From Octopus vulgaris (lineage: Eukaryota): DNA of 64,000 nt. Below, in pieces: positions 61,011-64,000 of this stretch (positions are counted from its first letter, which is position 1; every line of letters starts with the position of its first letter). A program made the position numbers and the translations under genes. The notes under the pieces were generated by a model. That model was not told where the DNA came from and did no database searches. It worked only from the letters and a program-made list of their open reading frames with translations. Location: assembly GCA_951406725.2 (NCBI GenBank), contig OX597837.1, forward strand, positions 13,268,001 through 13,332,000, in the 5' to 3' direction.

Positions 61011-63232
61011 GCGGGCGCGCACACACATATTAGATATGACGCAAATGAACATTGTAAATGTTTACCCATAAATAATTATTTCCTTTTTAATTAAAAAATT
61101 AAATAACTACTTATTTCAAATTAATTATGAAGAAATCGTCAAAAAGGTCGATCGTTCAAATCGCGAGATTGAACGAATTCCAAATATTACGCAAATAAAA
61201 ATGTGGAGCCTTTTCTGATAGACTTAAATATGTATCGATATTTTCCAAGTAGAAGGGGGAAAAAAATCAAATATAATTCTATTCACATTTAAGATGTGTG
61301 ATCGGATTCGATCCAAGCAGTTGGTCCTAACGAGAAGGGGTTTATTTTGTCGGTTACAGAATTATCTAGATTTGAATCTGGTAGTAAAACTTATTCGCGC
61401 TGTCCATTGAGGTTTCACCGAGCAGACTCTGTGGTCAAAGGCGTCCCAGCTGTGACCATTCCGTCAATGTTTTCAAGCCAGTGCACCCAGGACCGACCAT
61501 GTGATCTGTCTTGTGTTCTTCAACGTTTCAAGACACTGGAGCGTGAAATTTAAGGAAATTCAGCTAAATTTTGAATTAGATCGAACGACCGTCTTCGATA
61601 AATTTATTCAGAAGAATTTAATTGGCAAATGGTGAAGGAGTATTTCAAACCAAACGTTTCCATTTTCTTTTTATTAGTATTTATTGAAGACGGCGGGCAA
61701 TGAAATGGATGAAAGGTACTACTCGAGAACAGTGGTCCCGGTGCGCGCACTCGCGCAAGCTAGTCATGACTGGTCGATCCTTACTTTGTGTTTTTGTGTT
61801 ATTTACTTTGTTTAAATTTTTTTAATCTCTGTTTTTGTGTTTTATTTACTTTGTTTTAACAAAAATTATTTACTTTTTTGTGTAAAAAATTTATTTATTT
61901 TGTGTTTTATTTACTTTGCTGGGCAGTCGTTGTAAGGATCGACTAGTCACGACTAGCTAGCGCGGATGCGCAACTACGCGAGTGCGCGCACCGGGACCAC
62001 TGTTCTCTAGTAGAACCTGGATGGAAATTTCGCTACTACGAACGAACCATGAATTTATTTAGTGAGACAAGGCCGAATAACGAAGGTGATGGACGAAAAA
62101 AAAATGTCTGAAAACAAGAGAATGGCGGCGGTGACGTCACAGGAAATAGGTGTAACCGGAAATGGAAAGAAACTAATTGAGTTTTGGGTTGGCAAGTTGA
62201 CGGTCTTTCATAAATAATTGGTTAAAATCGAGAAATAGAGAAGAACGGTCGATGGCAAAACATGTTGCTGTCGTCACACAGCAACAAATTGGGGGACAAG
62301 TAGCGATAGTCGACATAAAACCAGCTCTGGTACCACATTGATTATTATTTTAATATATCGGCACCGGAAGAAAAGAAGAGGTAAAGCTGGAGACGTAGAA
62401 GAAGAGGAGCGTGGCTTTTAGGGAGATTTGATGAGGTACCACAAGGTACCCCGCTCAAGCCCGCCACTTCAGATTGTCACCCATGAAACATGTATAGCTA
62501 TATCTGTGTATATATACATTTATATGTATAGCTATATATGTGTGTGTATATATATACATTTGGCGCATTTATATGTATAGCTATATCTGTGTGTATATAT
62601 ACATTTATATGTATAGCTCTATGTGTGTGTATATATACATTTATATGTGTACGTGGGAAGAGATCGTTTTGAATAATATATTTCGGTTCATAATAAAACT
62701 TAGTTAAGATGCTGCTAAAGCCGAAAGAATGCCGATTATATTTGATGTTTTTTGATATTGTGTTTGGCTTAGTAATTTGTGAATTAAAAGAGTTATTTAT
62801 TTTGGTTCGAAATACATTTTAGAGAGGTGCATGGTGACAAAATTTGGCAAAATTTTACGATGTTAAAAGGGTTGTGGTGTGAATAGAACAAAAATTGGCA
62901 CGAGTGAAAAGAGCAGTCACAAAGTGGGTGATCGAAATATGTGAATAAAATAATTATCAACAGATCCCCCATTTTACAACCGCGCGGTGTACATTTATTT
63001 ACTTACCGGCTGTGCAAGAGAGCAAGGGAAGGAATATATATTCGGAAGGGCAGCCTATGGCATTAGCATGATTGGTGACTAGCCTCCGTATGTTGTAGCT
63101 ACCGACCAAGGCCAGATCCAATAAAGGCACCATCTGGGCAGTCTTGTAACAATCTTGCCAGTTGAACTGGCGTGTGCCCGAGTCTTGCGACGGTGCCATG
63201 GTGCTCGTACCGCCTGGCCTGCCTTCGTCCAT
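45735..63232 (-). CDS. DUF3987-like P-loop domain protein with polyQ/A region, whole gene model (2 exons, 702 aa)
   Basis: Exon 63232-63007 (phase 1, G|GTAAGT) splices in frame across a 15.4-kb intron to exon 47617-45735 (ttttttcCAG). The junction reads [33 protein letters not shown]...[12 protein letters not shown], which resembles the DUF3987 N-terminus. Confidence 0.8.
49296..49848 (+). mobile_element. RTE LINE 3'UTR repeat (family C) with hairpin array and (GAT)n tail
   Basis: 5' part matches 54355-54440, directly after the RTE ORF stop. It continues into GTGCCNNTGGCA(C/T) hairpins, AGGAAGGGCATCC, a terminal CCATGCNAGCATGG hairpin and a GAT tail. Confidence 0.75.
51135..51524 (-). mobile_element. 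SINE family A, full length
   Basis: Near-identical to other family A copies. Further diverged copies at ~2860-3267, 24570-24945, 41700-42025, 48810-49125, 50633-51030 and 52370-52748. Confidence 0.85.
51948..52350 (+). mobile_element. CR1-clade LINE 3' end
   Basis: [39 protein letters not shown]; then [13 protein letters not shown] and an (AACTT)n tail. Confidence 0.88.
53073..53378 (+). mobile_element. tRNA-derived SINE with family D head and a different 3' tail
   Basis: First ~185 nt match the 6897-6710 element, then the sequence diverges; ends CACGTGATCACGTGA. Confidence 0.8.
53575..54450 (+). mobile_element. RTE-clade LINE 3' fragment (ORF C-terminus plus start of 3'UTR)
   Basis: [11 protein letters not shown]...[14 protein letters not shown]...[12 protein letters not shown]...RGRPRKTW. 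Confidence 0.9.
55814..56045 (+). mobile_element. SINE family B with 16-bp TSD
   Basis: TSD aagaaatgtgtaatgt at 55798-55813 and 56046-56061. Confidence 0.85.
56078..56475 (+). mobile_element. SINE family A nested in an RTE LINE
   Basis: Full head-to-tail match to family A. Confidence 0.85.
59080..61010. repeat. Large compound (TA)n/TACA/TCTACA microsatellite-minisatellite blocks
   Basis: Arrays at 59340-59960 and 60360-61010; source of the I/Y-rich spurious ORFs. Confidence 0.95.
61715..62017. mobile_element. MITE with GC-rich TIRs and 9-bp TSD (Merlin- or Mutator-like)
   Basis: TIRs GGTACTACTCGAGAACAGTGGTCCCGGTGCGCGCACTCGCG and its near-perfect reverse complement. TSD tggatgaaa (61706-61714) / tggatggaa (62018-62026). 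T-rich internal repeats. Confidence 0.8.
62118..62165. promoter_or_regulatory. Dense TF-motif cluster (YY1-like ATGGCGGC, full CRE TGACGTCA, two ETS cores) in intron 1 of the DUF3987-like gene
   Basis: aatggcggcgg-TGACGTCA(62132-62139)-caggaa...accggaaat, all within 45 bp of CpG-rich sequence. Confidence 0.5.
62490..62650. repeat. ~35-bp minisatellite
   Basis: catttatatgtatagct...gtgtatatata repeated about four times. Confidence 0.8.
63007..63232 (-). CDS. DUF3987-like gene, coding exon 1
   Basis: MDEGRPGG...[21 protein letters not shown]; GC-rich codons, strong GTAAGT donor. Confidence 0.82.
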
Positions 63233-64000
63233 CTCTCACTTTTGCGCCAATCCTATTTTCCGAGCTACCGCGCACCTCCCCACTGCATAGATCCGATTTA
63301 AGAAACGGCTTGAAAATATTTACATTCCTTAGAGATCGCAATTTAATAATAGTTATCCAATTTACTATTATTTCTAATAATACTGCTTAATTATTATTTT
63401 TATATATGTATCAATAAAGGTGATAATTGTTCTTAATTAAGTGTAATGAGGGGCACTTTACATGGGAAACGAAATTGAAACATTTCAACGTCTTTAAACG
63501 AAAACCAAAATTATATGGTTAGATAAAATAAATATTGTAGATTGTCTTACATGAGAGAAAAGCTTTTACCATGTTAAATTACTACATAGCTATTTAAATA
63601 TTGAAGATTAATAAATATATGTTAAACGAGAAAATATATAAAATTCACGTAAGTACATAGATATAAATAAATTAACCCATTAGATTAATAAATTTGATAA
63701 ATTTAATATGAAAAATGGCTTAATTTACTTTTAGACGGAAAATATTCAAAGAACAAAGTATTAAAAAAAGGATCTGGGTGCTTGTGTGCTTTAGCATATG
63801 CAGGAAAATATATAATATATATGTGTGTGTATATATATGTACATTTGTGTCAATGGGATTCAATTATGTTGACGAAAATGTGTAGTAATTAGCGAGCTAG
63901 TTTACATAATTAAACACAAAAACACAATCTGGTAATAATAAATAAGTGTAAATGTGTGAGTATGGATTTAATTAATTCCGATCTCTCTTTTTTTCTTTCT

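Noticed and set aside
59364-61069. 190-247 aa ORFs
   Set aside because: Pure AT microsatellite arrays that lack stops by chance.

Overview
This is AT-rich, microsatellite- and SINE-dense animal genomic DNA, almost certainly octopus (inferred from the SINE sequences). Most ORFs in the supplied track are simple-repeat or TE artefacts. Two minus-strand multi-exon genes can be rebuilt from GT-AG splice sites with consistent phases. (1) A complete 15-coding-exon, 761-aa MALT1-type paracaspase (27672->8627): death domain, three Ig domains, a caspase-like domain with the His/Cys dyad, and a C-terminal Ig-like domain. (2) A 2-exon, 702-aa protein (63232->45735) with a DUF3987-like P-loop domain carrying degenerate motifs, a polyQ/A linker and a basic C-terminal region; it may be a domesticated mobile-element helicase. 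Introns and intergenic DNA hold tRNA-derived SINEs, RTE and CR1 LINE remnants, Tc1/mariner relics, several MITEs and a Helitron end. They also hold minimal type I hammerhead ribozyme motifs in Penelope-like/retrozyme-like repeats. One family has a 364-bp monomer with the compensatory U3-A8 core (2 copies), and another motif has a canonical core and an ~85-nt stem II. All coordinates were counted by hand; repeat boundaries are approximate.
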